Source: Trueperaceae bacterium (GTDB lineage Bacteria; Deinococcota; Deinococci; Deinococcales; Trueperaceae). Taken from it: a DNA stretch of 64,000 nt. Shown in pieces: positions 35,948 to 44,357 of this stretch (position 1 is its first letter; every line of letters begins with the position of its first letter). A program made the position numbers and the translations under genes. A model generated the notes under the pieces. The model saw only the letters and a list, made by a program, of their open reading frames with translations. It was not told where the DNA came from and ran no database searches. The stretch is from positions 96,001-160,000 of the forward strand of contig JAXHNB010000006.1 in NCBI GenBank assembly GCA_034520945.1, in the 5' to 3' direction.

Positions 35948-37261
35948 GTGTCGGCCAGGCGCTACGACCGCGAGATCCTGGCGCTGGCGCTGCCGGCGTT
36001 GGGTGCGCTGGCGGCCGACCCGCTGGTGTCGCTGATCGACACGGCGTTCGTCGGCCGGCTGGGGCGCGTGCCGCTGGCGGCGCTGGGCGTGAACGTGTCG
36101 GTGTTCTCGTTCGCGTTCGTGATCTTCAACTTCCTCGCCTACGGCACCACCCCCATGGTGGGCACCGCCCTGGGCCGGCGCGACATGGAGCGCGCCGGCC
36201 GGTTGGTGGCGCACGCCTTCTTCCTGGCGGTCGTGGCGGGCGTCATCGCGCTGGGCGTGCTGCAGGCGTTCGCGGGGCCCATCCTCCAGGCCATGGGCGC
36301 CAGTGGGGAGCTGATGGCGCCGGCTGCGGGGTACCTGCGGGTGCGCGCGTTGGCGGGGCCGGCGCTGCTGATCATCACGGCCGCCAACGGGGCGTTTCGC
36401 GGCTTTCAGGACACCCGCACGCCGCTGCGGGTGTCGCTGGCGGTGGCCGCGGCCAACCTGGTGCTGGACCCGTTGTTCATCTTCGCCTTCGGCTGGGGGT
36501 TGCAGGGCGCGGCCTGGGCCACCACCTTGGCGCAGTGGCTGGGGGCCGGCACCTTCCTGGCGTTGGTCTACGGGCGCAACCGGCGGGCATGGCGGGTGCC
36601 GTGGACCGTGCCGTCGTGGGCGGAGCTGGCACCGTTCCTGCGGGTCGGCTGGGCGCTGCTGATCCGCACCTTCGCCCTGATCGGCACCATGACCGCAGCC
36701 ACCGCCGTCGCGGCACGCATCGGCGTGATCGACGTGGCGGCGCACCAGGTGGCGGCGCAGCTGTGGCTGTTCCTGGCGCTGATCGTGGACGCGTTGGCGA
36801 TCGCCGCCCAGGCGTTGGTGGCGCGCTACGTGGGCGAGGGCAAGCCGCAGGAAGCGCGGGCCGTGTCCGACCGGCTGTTGGTTCTGGGCCTCGCGGTCGG
36901 CGCGGTGTTGGGGGTGGCGTTCTGGGTCGGCCGCTTCTGGCTGGCGGGCCTGTTCAGCGACGACCCGGCGGTGGTGGCGCGCATCCTGGCGCTGTTCCCC
37001 TTCGTGGCCCTGATGCAGCCCCTCAACGCGTTGGTGTTCGTGTGGGACGGCGTGTTCATGGCGATTCAGGACTTCTCCTTCCTGGCGGTCGCCATGGCGC
37101 TTTCCGCCCTCGCCGCCGCCACGGTGATGGCGCCCGTCCTGCCGCTGGGGCTCGGCGTGGCGGGGGTGTGGTGGGCGTTGGTCGGGCTGATGGTGACGCG
37201 TGCGCTCACGCTGGCCTGGCGCTACCGTCCCGCAGCGGGCGTGTTCCGGCGCGCCGGGTGA
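35948..37261 (+). CDS. MATE family efflux transporter (DinF-like)
   Basis: ALPALGALAADPLVSLIDTAFVGRLG, FRGFQDTRTPL, AAHQV; about 12 TM segments. Confidence 0.9.
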   Translation: MSARRYDREILALALPALGALAADPLVSLIDTAFVGRLGRVPLAALGVNVSVFSFAFVIFNFLAYGTTPMVGTALGRRDMERAGRLVAHAFFLAVVAGVIALGVLQAFAGPILQAMGASGELMAPAAGYLRVRALAGPALLIITAANGAFRGFQDTRTPLRVSLAVAAANLVLDPLFIFAFGWGLQGAAWATTLAQWLGAGTFLALVYGRNRRAWRVPWTVPSWAELAPFLRVGWALLIRTFALIGTMTAATAVAARIGVIDVAAHQVAAQLWLFLALIVDALAIAAQALVARYVGEGKPQEARAVSDRLLVLGLAVGAVLGVAFWVGRFWLAGLFSDDPAVVARILALFPFVALMQPLNALVFVWDGVFMAIQDFSFLAVAMALSALAAATVMAPVLPLGLGVAGVWWALVGLMVTRALTLAWRYRPAAGVFRRAG

Positions 37262-37316
37262 CGCGCCGCGTTCCACGCAGGGTGTCGGCGCCGCGGCGGC
37301 TCGGGTAGGCTGGCCC

Positions 37317-38282
37317 ATGGACCGCAACGACGACGCCTTCACGCCCGGCCGGCCCGAGAAGGGCCGCGACGCACGACCGGACGAGACGCGGCCGGACGAC
37401 GGATCGGGCGGCGATTCCGTCGCGAGGGGCGACGAGGCGTCCGCCGATGCGACCGGAGCGGACCCCGAAGACGGACGGCCCATCAACCGCAACCTGATCT
37501 ACAACAACCCGGAGAAGTGGCGCATCGGGCGGGAGTTCCTGGAGCGCTACACCGGCACCGCGCCGGAGGACTTCCGCAAGCAGATCATCCTCACTAACTT
37601 CCACCACTACGCTGAGCGGTTCCAGGCCATGGCCGGCGATGCGGTGGCGACGCAGGGCTCGGCGATGGCGGCGGTGCATAGCGAGGCGCTGGACGTGTCC
37701 ATCATCGACTTTTCGATCGGCAGTCCCGTTGCGGCGTTGATCATCGAAGTGCTGGCCACCGCGGACCCCAAGGCCACGCTGTTCCTCGGCATTTGCGGGG
37801 GCCTGCACCGCTCCTTGGTGGTGGGCGACTTCGTGCTGCCCACCGCGGCCATCCGGGACGAGGGGGCGTCGAAGCACTTCATGCCGCCCCAGGTGCCGGC
37901 CCTGCCGACGTTCAAGATCCAGAAGTTCGTCAGCCAGATCGTGGGCGAGGACGGCTTCGACTACCGGACCGGCGTGGTGCACACCACCGACTATCGCTTC
38001 TGGGAGTTCAACGAGGCGTTCAAGCACCAGCTCTACGACGAGCGCGCGCTGGCGATCGACATGGAGACCGCCACGCTGTTCTCGGTCGGCTTCGCCAGCA
38101 AGGTCCCCATCGGCGCGCTGCTGCTGGTGTCCGACCTGCCCCTCCGCCGGGGCGGCATGAAGACCCGGGAGTCGGCCCGCCGGGTGTTCCGGTCCTACAC
38201 CGACCGGCACATCGAGATCGGCGTGAAGGCGATGAGCGAGATCGCCGAGCGGGGGGAGCACATTCGGCATTACCGGTGGTGA
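37317..38282 (+). CDS. amn: AMP nucleosidase (short form)
   Basis: LERYTG, IILTNF, LFLGICGGL, AAIRDEGAS, AIDMETAT, ALLLVSDLP; acidic low-complexity N-terminal extension. Confidence 0.85.
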   Translation: MDRNDDAFTPGRPEKGRDARPDETRPDDGSGGDSVARGDEASADATGADPEDGRPINRNLIYNNPEKWRIGREFLERYTGTAPEDFRKQIILTNFHHYAERFQAMAGDAVATQGSAMAAVHSEALDVSIIDFSIGSPVAALIIEVLATADPKATLFLGICGGLHRSLVVGDFVLPTAAIRDEGASKHFMPPQVPALPTFKIQKFVSQIVGEDGFDYRTGVVHTTDYRFWEFNEAFKHQLYDERALAIDMETATLFSVGFASKVPIGALLLVSDLPLRRGGMKTRESARRVFRSYTDRHIEIGVKAMSEIAERGEHIRHYRW

Positions 38283-38330
38283 GGTAGCGGGTCCAAAAGC
38301 ATCGCATGGGTCGTCGAAGCGTAGGTGGGT

Positions 38331-38462
38331 CTAGCTTGGGGCGGCGATGGGTATGTCTTCAGGGGGGTGGTCGGTGCGCTCGAGGTGGATGCTGACGCGG
38401 TAATCGAGTGTGGCGAGGAGGCCGAGGAGACGTTCGACGGAGAAGCCGGTGAGCAGACCGCG
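38331..38462 (-). pseudogene. C-terminal remnant of an XRE/HigA-like HTH antitoxin
   Basis: RGLLTGFSVERLLGLLATLDYRVSIHLERTDHPPEDIPIAAPS* resembles the G.L.GFS.ERL..FL..LG..V.I tail of these HTH proteins; the N-terminal HTH part is absent. Confidence 0.55.
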
Positions 38463-38678
38463 CTCCGGATCCTCTGTACGAGTTCGTTGGCCGCGCCGAT
38501 CGAGATGGCGGTCGCCATTCCCAGTCCGCCGCTGATGGCTATGCCCACCCCGATGGCGATCGCCAGACTGCCGGTCGCCGCGCCACGATCTGCGCCTCGC
38601 GCAAGTCCGATGCCTGTGCCCCAGGAAAGGCCGCGGTTGATGCCGAGAGCGACGCCGTGTCCGCGCTACCGAGTCGTC

Positions 38679-39536
38679 TCAGGGAGTGGCGGCGTCAGAG
38701 TTGATGACGTCCAGCAGTTTTCGTAGGCGGGCGCCTGCCTCCTCGATGGTGGCGGCTTCGGGAGCCAACTCGAGGGCGTGGGCAAATCGCTCATACTGGC
38801 CTCGCCAGCGTTCGACGGGTACGGGGATGTGGTGCGGCAATCGATGTGTGGCTCGCGTCTCGAACGTGGCGTGTACGGCGTGGCGCACCACGGCAGCGCT
38901 CGGGAGCTCGTCGCGCATGAGGAGCATGACGTCCACGAGGTCCTTGACGCGGGAGTTGGGCCGTCCCTGTGCTCGCGGCCTCGAGAGTGCATGGAGCTTT
39001 TCGGCCAGGTGCACTTCGACGGGTATGGCATGCACTTCGAGGGGAGCGAGGCCAGCAAAGGAAAGGTCGAGCCCCCCTCGGAGCACGTCGTGATGCGCTG
39101 GGAGGGCATCGCCTACACCCACGTCCAAGGGGAAGGGTATGAAGCGTTTTCCACCCAGATTAGGCACTACGGTGAGGCGTTGGCCCCCGTGTGGCGCACC
39201 GTCTGCCATCCCTCTCGAGGTGCGTTCGATGCGGAAGGTGAGGTGGTCGTCTGCGTTGGTGGCGGCGGCGTCGCGGAGGGACTCGAGGATCTCGTCGGCG
39301 GGTAGGGCGCGCAGTGCGAGATCGAGGTCCTGCGTGGCGCGTGCACGGGCAAGGCGCAGCTCCAAGGCGTAGCCACCCTTGAGGAGCGCCCAGTCGCCAA
39401 ACCTCGTACCGATTCGGGCAAGGAAGCGTTCCATCGTCGCGCGTTTGAGGAGCCGGTTCAGATCCTCTCCGGGATGGTTCTTCCGTAGGTGGTCGGCGAG
39501 GGCTTGACGGAACGCGGTATCGTCACGGTAGCGCAC
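38679..39536 (-). CDS. Type IV TA toxin, AbiEii/AbiGii nucleotidyltransferase
   Basis: LLKGGYALELR...RATQDLD, AEKLHAL, SRVKDLVD; GTG start with GGAG 6 nt upstream, just after the antitoxin stop. Confidence 0.88.
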   Translation of the reverse strand: MRYRDDTAFRQALADHLRKNHPGEDLNRLLKRATMERFLARIGTRFGDWALLKGGYALELRLARARATQDLDLALRALPADEILESLRDAAATNADDHLTFRIERTSRGMADGAPHGGQRLTVVPNLGGKRFIPFPLDVGVGDALPAHHDVLRGGLDLSFAGLAPLEVHAIPVEVHLAEKLHALSRPRAQGRPNSRVKDLVDVMLLMRDELPSAAVVRHAVHATFETRATHRLPHHIPVPVERWRGQYERFAHALELAPEAATIEEAGARLRKLLDVINSDAATP

Positions 39537-39537
39537 G

Positions 39538-40167
39538 TCAAGCTCCAATCGTCAAGTGTCGAAGACGCGTGCGGACGTGTTCGCGTTCGGGTTCCGCCAA
39601 GGCGTGGAGGTAGCGTTCCAGGGTAGGTGTGTCGCCGCGCGCGATCGTGCGTCGGCGGATGAGACCGCGGTCGAGGGCTTGCGCGATGGCCTCTTGCGCC
39701 GCGTCGTCGGGGTAGTCGTCGCGGATGAGGTCTAGAAGCGTGCGGAGGGGGGTTGTGAAGCGGAGGATGTGTTCATGGTGTATGTCCTCCGCAGCAAGGG
39801 AGGCCTTGTGCAGGCGCACGTCGTCGGGTGGGGGCTTGCGGAAGCCTGGGGGCACCGTAAGGTGGATCTTCTCCGGGAAGGCATCGCCGAGTTCGAAATG
39901 GCGCAGGGCCGTCTCGTGGCTCAGAGTTGCTTGTGGCACGCCGGCGCGGTTTCGGCTCCAGAGCATGAGGACCGCTTCGCGCTCTTCATCATTTGGCGGG
40001 TACGTAGCCATGCGGTAGATGCCGCGTTCGTGGCGCTCGATGGTGCCTGCGTGAAGGTGGTAATGCAGGGCCGGCCGGGTGAGGCCATGCCGCTCGGCCT
40101 GCTGGGTCGTGATGTAGCCATATTGGCGATGCGCGAGGTGGTGGAGCGCAAGCCAACGCGGGGCCAT
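39538..40167 (-). CDS. Type IV TA antitoxin, AbiEi family
   Basis: LAHRQYGYITTQQA wHTH start, RGIYR, LSHETAL, IHLTVP, TTPLRTLLD; directly upstream of AbiEii. Confidence 0.88.
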   Translation of the reverse strand: MAPRWLALHHLAHRQYGYITTQQAERHGLTRPALHYHLHAGTIERHERGIYRMATYPPNDEEREAVLMLWSRNRAGVPQATLSHETALRHFELGDAFPEKIHLTVPPGFRKPPPDDVRLHKASLAAEDIHHEHILRFTTPLRTLLDLIRDDYPDDAAQEAIAQALDRGLIRRRTIARGDTPTLERYLHALAEPEREHVRTRLRHLTIGA

Positions 40168-40173
40168 GTATGA

Positions 40174-40202
40174 AGGTTAAACTCTGCTTAACGAACGTGC
40201 AA
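40174..40202 (-). promoter_or_regulatory. abiE promoter with overlapping inverted repeat
   Basis: Minus strand TTGCAC-N17-TAACCT-N6-ATG (leaderless); GTTAA-N7-TTAAC inverted repeat at 40176-40192. Confidence 0.6.
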
Positions 40203-40244
40203 CCCTATGATGGCGAAGGGCGACGTCGTGGCGAGCATTACGTC

Positions 40245-40640
40245 CTACGTGTGGCCTGAGCAGCACGCACGCTGGGCGCCATACGCGCGCTTCGGGCGTT
40301 GGTCGTTCCCCCACGCGAAGACGATGACCTTGTCCTTGCTGCTGAAGCGGAAGAAGAGGCGGTACTTCTGGAAGAACTTGGCGCGGAACCAATGCTTGCG
40401 GTGGGCGCCGAGGGTGCCGCCGAGACGGTACTCGGGCCTCGTGGGGTCTTGGGGAATGATGTCGAACGCGAGCTTGGTGATGGCCGCTAGGCGCTTGGTG
40501 GGGTTTTTCTTGTGGTACTCGTGCGGCTTGCGGGCCTTGAGGTCCGTGACTTGGCGTTCGAGCCCGTTGAGCTGCTCCAGGAACAGCGGGTGCGCGTAGA
40601 TCGCCCACCCGTGGATGCGGACCGGGGGATCACCGGTCAT
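40245..40640 (-). pseudogene. YhaV family toxin (RelE-like RNase), C-terminally truncated
   Basis: GWAIYAHPLF, IPQDPTRPEYRLGGTLG..RKHWFRAKFFQKYRLFFRF, IVFAWGND..KRAYG, then unrelated AQRACCSGHT*. The usual ...DAY.VF..ML..G.PP..W tail is missing. Confidence 0.75.
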
Positions 40641-40984
40641 TCATCGGCGTCGTCGAGGGGCGCGTCGAGGGTGACGTCGACGTCTTCGACCAGGCCTCGA
40701 ATGCGTTCTGCGTGTTGGGCGCGGACGGCCTCGACGCCCTCCGGGTGTTCTTGGGCGTGCCGCTCGAGGAAGTCGAGGAAGTGGCCAATCATGGGATCCT
40801 CGTGTTCCTCGTCGGTCGTTGCGCGCGAGAGCACGACCGTGTGGTCTGCTTGCACGGTGAAGCGGATCTTGTCGTGCGCGTCAAGCGCGAGGGCCTTGCG
40901 GATTTCGCTGGGGATGGTGGTCTGGCCGCGTCGCGTCAATGTCGACTCGGCGAACATGATGGGCTTGTGCGTTTGTGGTGCCAT
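40637..40984 (-). CDS. prlF: PrlF/SohA family antitoxin (AbrB-like)
   Basis: ESTLTRRGQTTIPSEIRKAL, EDPMIGHFLDFL, LVEDVDVTLDAPLDD; GGAGG RBS; ATGA overlap with yhaV. Confidence 0.85.
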   Translation of the reverse strand: MAPQTHKPIMFAESTLTRRGQTTIPSEIRKALALDAHDKIRFTVQADHTVVLSRATTDEEHEDPMIGHFLDFLERHAQEHPEGVEAVRAQHAERIRGLVEDVDVTLDAPLDDADE

Positions 40985-41002
40985 GACGTTCCTCCAGCCC
41001 CC

Positions 41003-41031
41003 AAGGTAATGCATTTGCATTGTACCGTCAA
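41003..41031 (-). promoter_or_regulatory. prlF-yhaV promoter with palindromic operator
   Basis: Minus strand TTGACG-N17-TACCTT; palindrome AATGCA-TT-TGCATT (41008-41021) in the spacer. Confidence 0.65.
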
Positions 41032-41221
41032 TTCCATGTCGCACGCCCCGCCCGCACGCGAGACGCTCACACTCGTTTGCCGTAGTGGGTGCGCTCCACG
41101 CCTCGTCAACGCTTGTGCTGTGCCGCCGCTAGCAGTTGCTTCGTGCGCCCGGTGCACGGAACCTGAGCATGTCCGTGTTTACGTCAAAGCGGATAAGCGT
41201 CTAGGTGTTTATACTGAGGGT

Positions 41222-41455
41222 ATGGAGCGTTGGACGATCAAGGTGAGCGAAGAGACCGACCGGAGCTTACGCACCTACCTTGCGCAACACGGCGCGAAGA
41301 AAGGTAGCCTCTCGCGCTTCGTCGAGGACGCTGTCCAGGAACAGCTTTACAAGCTGACGGTCGAGGAGGTCCAAGCCCGCAACGCAGGCGTTCCCGATGA
41401 TGAACTCGAAATGCTCATCGAGGATGCCGTGAAGTGGGCTCGAACGGGCGGCTAG
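41222..41455 (+). CDS. Ribbon-helix-helix protein (XACb0070-like), putative antitoxin
   Basis: MERWTIKVSEETDRSLRTYLAQHG.KKGSLSRFVEDAV...LIEDAVKWAR; leaderless TATACT-N6-ATG; 3 nt upstream of a PIN gene. Confidence 0.8.
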   Translation: MERWTIKVSEETDRSLRTYLAQHGAKKGSLSRFVEDAVQEQLYKLTVEEVQARNAGVPDDELEMLIEDAVKWARTGG

Positions 41456-41458
41456 GCC

Positions 41459-41869
41459 GTGCGCGTCGTTCTCGACACCAACGTGATCGTCTCCGGATTG
41501 ATGCGAAAGAACACGCCCGCGGACCTTGTCAGGCAAGCCTGGGAGGCGCACCGCTTCACCCTCGTCTCCTCGGAATGGCAGCTCGAGGAACTCCGGCGCG
41601 TCAGTCGTTACCCGCGATTGCAGCGCTACCTCCGGCCGCACGAAGTTGGGAGCCTGGTCCGTCAGATTCGACGTGCTGCGATCGTGCTGGAGTTTCTTCC
41701 TGTCATCGAGGCTTCGCCCGATCCCGACGACGACCCCATCCTCGCGACCGCCCTCGCGGGAGAGGCGGCGTGGCTCGTCACAGGCGACAAGGGAGACCTT
41801 CTGACGCTGAGGAAAGCGCATGGCGTTCGCATGGTGACGGCGCGAGCGTTCCTCGAGATCTTGGATTGA
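41459..41869 (+). CDS. PIN-domain putative toxin
   Basis: RVVLDTNVIVSGL, EELRRV, DPDDDPILATA, LVTGDKGDLL (acidic PIN residues intact). Confidence 0.88.
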   Translation: MRVVLDTNVIVSGLMRKNTPADLVRQAWEAHRFTLVSSEWQLEELRRVSRYPRLQRYLRPHEVGSLVRQIRRAAIVLEFLPVIEASPDPDDDPILATALAGEAAWLVTGDKGDLLTLRKAHGVRMVTARAFLEILD

Positions 41870-42031
41870 TCCTCGGATTCGCTCCATCCCCGTGAGGAGC
41901 GTAACGGTCGAGCCCTGAAGGATCCTTCATGGCGAGGTGCCCGGGTCGTCGACATCCTCGAAGGCTGGCGCTAGAGCCGCTCGCCGCGCCCCTCGATGTC
42001 GTGCACGCGCCCTGCCGCTATCATGCCCGCC

Positions 42032-42973
42032 ATGAACGTGATCTGGATCCTCGCCGGGATCGTGCTGCTCTACGGCGGCGGGCAGCTCCTCGTGAACGGC
42101 GCCAGCGCCCTGGCGCGGGCGTGGGGGCTGGGGCCGATGGTGATCGGACTCACGGTGGTGGCGTTCGGGACGTCGGCGCCGGAGCTGGCCGCCAGCCTGG
42201 CTGCGGCGCTGGACGGCGCCCCCGAGATCGCCGCCGGCAACGTGGTCGGCTCCAACATCGCCAATATCGCCTTGATCCTCGGCGTCACCGCCTTGGTGCG
42301 TCCCCTGCATAGCGAGGCGCGGTTTCTGCGGCGCGAGATGCCGATCATGGTGGGCGCCGCCCTTTTGCTGGCCCTCCTGTTCGCGGACGGACGCCTGGGC
42401 CGTGTGGACGGGGCGGTGTTCCTGGTCGCGCTGGCGGCCTATCTGATCGTCTTGTTCCGGGGCGAGGAGCTGCCCACCACGCACGAATCGTTTGCGCGGG
42501 GGCTCCCCGCGCCCCCGCGGCCCGGTTCCCTCGCGGCTCCCCTCGTGAGGACGCTGGCGGGTCTGGCCCTGTTGGTGCTGGGGGCGCAGGCGTTGGTCGC
42601 CGGCGCCACCGCCCTCGCTCGCATGGCGGGCGTGCCCGAACTTTTGATTGGCCTCAGCGTGGTGGCGGTCGGCACGAGCCTGCCGGAACTGGCGGCGTCG
42701 GTGGTGGCGGCGTCGAAGCGGGCGCCAGAGATCGCGCTGGGCAACGTGGTGGGATCCAACGTGTTCAACGTGCTGGGGATCCTCGGGGTGACGGCGGCGA
42801 TCCGGCCCATCGAGGTGCCGCTCGAAGCTCTGGCCCCCGACCTGGCCGTGATGATGGCTTTCAGCGTGGTGCTGTGGGTCTTCCTGGCGACCGGCCTGCG
42901 TCTCGGTCGGCGGGAAGCGGGCCTGCTGCTGGCGCTGTACGCGGCGTTCATGGCGTACCGCTTCCTGGGGTGA
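42032..42973 (+). CDS. Calcium/sodium antiporter (YrbG-like, CaCA family)
   Basis: Two alpha repeats: GTSAPEL...GNVVGSNIAN and GTSLPEL...GNVVGSNVFN. Confidence 0.92.
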   Translation: MNVIWILAGIVLLYGGGQLLVNGASALARAWGLGPMVIGLTVVAFGTSAPELAASLAAALDGAPEIAAGNVVGSNIANIALILGVTALVRPLHSEARFLRREMPIMVGAALLLALLFADGRLGRVDGAVFLVALAAYLIVLFRGEELPTTHESFARGLPAPPRPGSLAAPLVRTLAGLALLVLGAQALVAGATALARMAGVPELLIGLSVVAVGTSLPELAASVVAASKRAPEIALGNVVGSNVFNVLGILGVTAAIRPIEVPLEALAPDLAVMMAFSVVLWVFLATGLRLGRREAGLLLALYAAFMAYRFLG

Positions 42974-42991
42974 CATCGCGGGCGGTCGCGC

Positions 42992-43819
42992 TCAGCGGTC
43001 CTGGCCGGGCAGACGGCCGGCCAGCGCCGCCAGGTAGCGATCGCGTCCCCGCGTCACGGTCTGCTGGGCGCCGGTGGGGATGCAGCGCTCCCACCAGCCG
43101 CCGTAGATCCGATCGAACGGAACTTCCAGCACCGCCTTTGTGATGGAGATGACGGTGTCGGCGGGAAGCGGCAGGTGGTTCGGGTAGGAGTACATGAACG
43201 ACACCACCTCACGGTCGGGCACCACCTGCAGCGAGTCGCCCGTCAGCAGCGCACCCTTGCCGTCCGCACCCTGCGGCCAGTGCAGCACCGTCGAACCGGG
43301 GAAGTGGCCGCCGGTGCGGATCAGCGTCAGTCCTCCGAACAGCGTCAGGCGTTCGCCGGACCCATGGCGCAGCTCGGGGCCGGGGTCCATCACCCAGTCG
43401 CGGTCGGCCTGGTGCAGGTGGACCGGCACGTCGAACGCGCGCGCCCACGCCCGCATCGAGGCGTAGAAGTGCGGGTGGCTGATGGCGATGCCGCGCAAGC
43501 CGCCCAGTTCGTGGACCCAGGAGATCGTGCGCTCGTCCAGCAGGCTGATGCAGTCCCACAGGAGGTTGCCCTCCGGGGTGCGCACCAGCAGCGCGCGCTG
43601 CCCGATCGCGAAGCGCGGCTCGGTGCCGATGCCGTACAGATCGGCTTCGTGACGCTGGACCCGATTCGCGTGCGTCGACGCCAGTTCCGCCGGCTCCAAC
43701 CAGCGCTGGCCCTCCGGCGGCACGAACTGGCGCACGTCCTCGCACACCGGGCAGCCCCGGGGCGGGCGGCGCGTCTCGGGAAAGCGGGTGCCGCAGGTGG
43801 CGCACACGTAGCTCGGCAC
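42992..43819 (-). CDS. MBL-fold metallo-hydrolase
   Basis: N-terminal CATCG...CPVCED, FAIGQRA, IAISHPHFY, GGHFPG, SFMYSYPN. Confidence 0.85.
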   Translation of the reverse strand: MPSYVCATCGTRFPETRRPPRGCPVCEDVRQFVPPEGQRWLEPAELASTHANRVQRHEADLYGIGTEPRFAIGQRALLVRTPEGNLLWDCISLLDERTISWVHELGGLRGIAISHPHFYASMRAWARAFDVPVHLHQADRDWVMDPGPELRHGSGERLTLFGGLTLIRTGGHFPGSTVLHWPQGADGKGALLTGDSLQVVPDREVVSFMYSYPNHLPLPADTVISITKAVLEVPFDRIYGGWWERCIPTGAQQTVTRGRDRYLAALAGRLPGQDR

Positions 43820-43828
43820 CTGGACCCC

Positions 43829-44278
43829 CTACCCGTCGAACCCCAGCGCGACGTAGCGCCCCCAGCACCGTCCGACGTCGCGGCCGGCACTGCGAAGCTC
43901 GCACCCCACGTCCAGGCGCGCCCGCCGGCGCCGGTTCAGCGTGCGGCGGAACGTGCCCCACGCCGCCGCGCCGGGCGCGGGCGCCCAGGCCGTGAGGCGA
44001 TCACGGGCGGGGGCCGTGAAGTCGACCTCGTGACGTTGGATGACGAGGTGCGCATCGACGTCGTCGCGTCGTAGCCCCACGTAGACCACCACCCATCCGG
44101 CCAGCACGCCGAGGACCGACAGGCTGCCCCCGAAGGCGGTCCCCCGGTGGTTCAGGTTGGGCGCCAGCGGCGCTTCCAGGCACGCCCCGTCCGCGTCGAT
44201 GCGCTTCACGCAGGCGCCCACGGCGCGGGCGAGGGGAATGCGGTCGTGGAGGTAGCGTTCGACGTCACGGGGATCCAT
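43829..44278 (-). CDS. Thioesterase-domain protein (YiiD C-terminal-like hotdog fold)
   Basis: YLHDRIPL, APLAPNLNHRGTAFGGSL. Confidence 0.8.
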   Translation of the reverse strand: MDPRDVERYLHDRIPLARAVGACVKRIDADGACLEAPLAPNLNHRGTAFGGSLSVLGVLAGWVVVYVGLRRDDVDAHLVIQRHEVDFTAPARDRLTAWAPAPGAAAWGTFRRTLNRRRRARLDVGCELRSAGRDVGRCWGRYVALGFDG

Positions 44279-44357
44279 CCGCCCCAGCCTACGTCAACGT
44301 GTCCCCATCCGCGCCGCCCGCCGTGCCGGTGCGCACGCACCGGGCTCGCAGCGTCGC

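Larger units (their letters stand above)
38283..41930. mobile_element. Accessory island of toxin-antitoxin modules (no integrase or transposase seen)
   Basis: Visibly more A/T-rich codons than the flanks; contains only TA genes and gene remnants, between amn and a cation antiporter. Boundaries approximate. Confidence 0.65.

Noticed and set aside
38270..38726. Track ORFs 38325-38726 (+) and 38270-38548 (-) as intact genes
   Set aside because: No recognisable family. The region is better explained as two minus-strand remnants in different frames.
38279..41901. GTGAGGTAGCG / GTGAGGAGCG as att or target-site duplication of the island
   Set aside because: Short, imperfect and expected by chance; no integrase or tRNA nearby.
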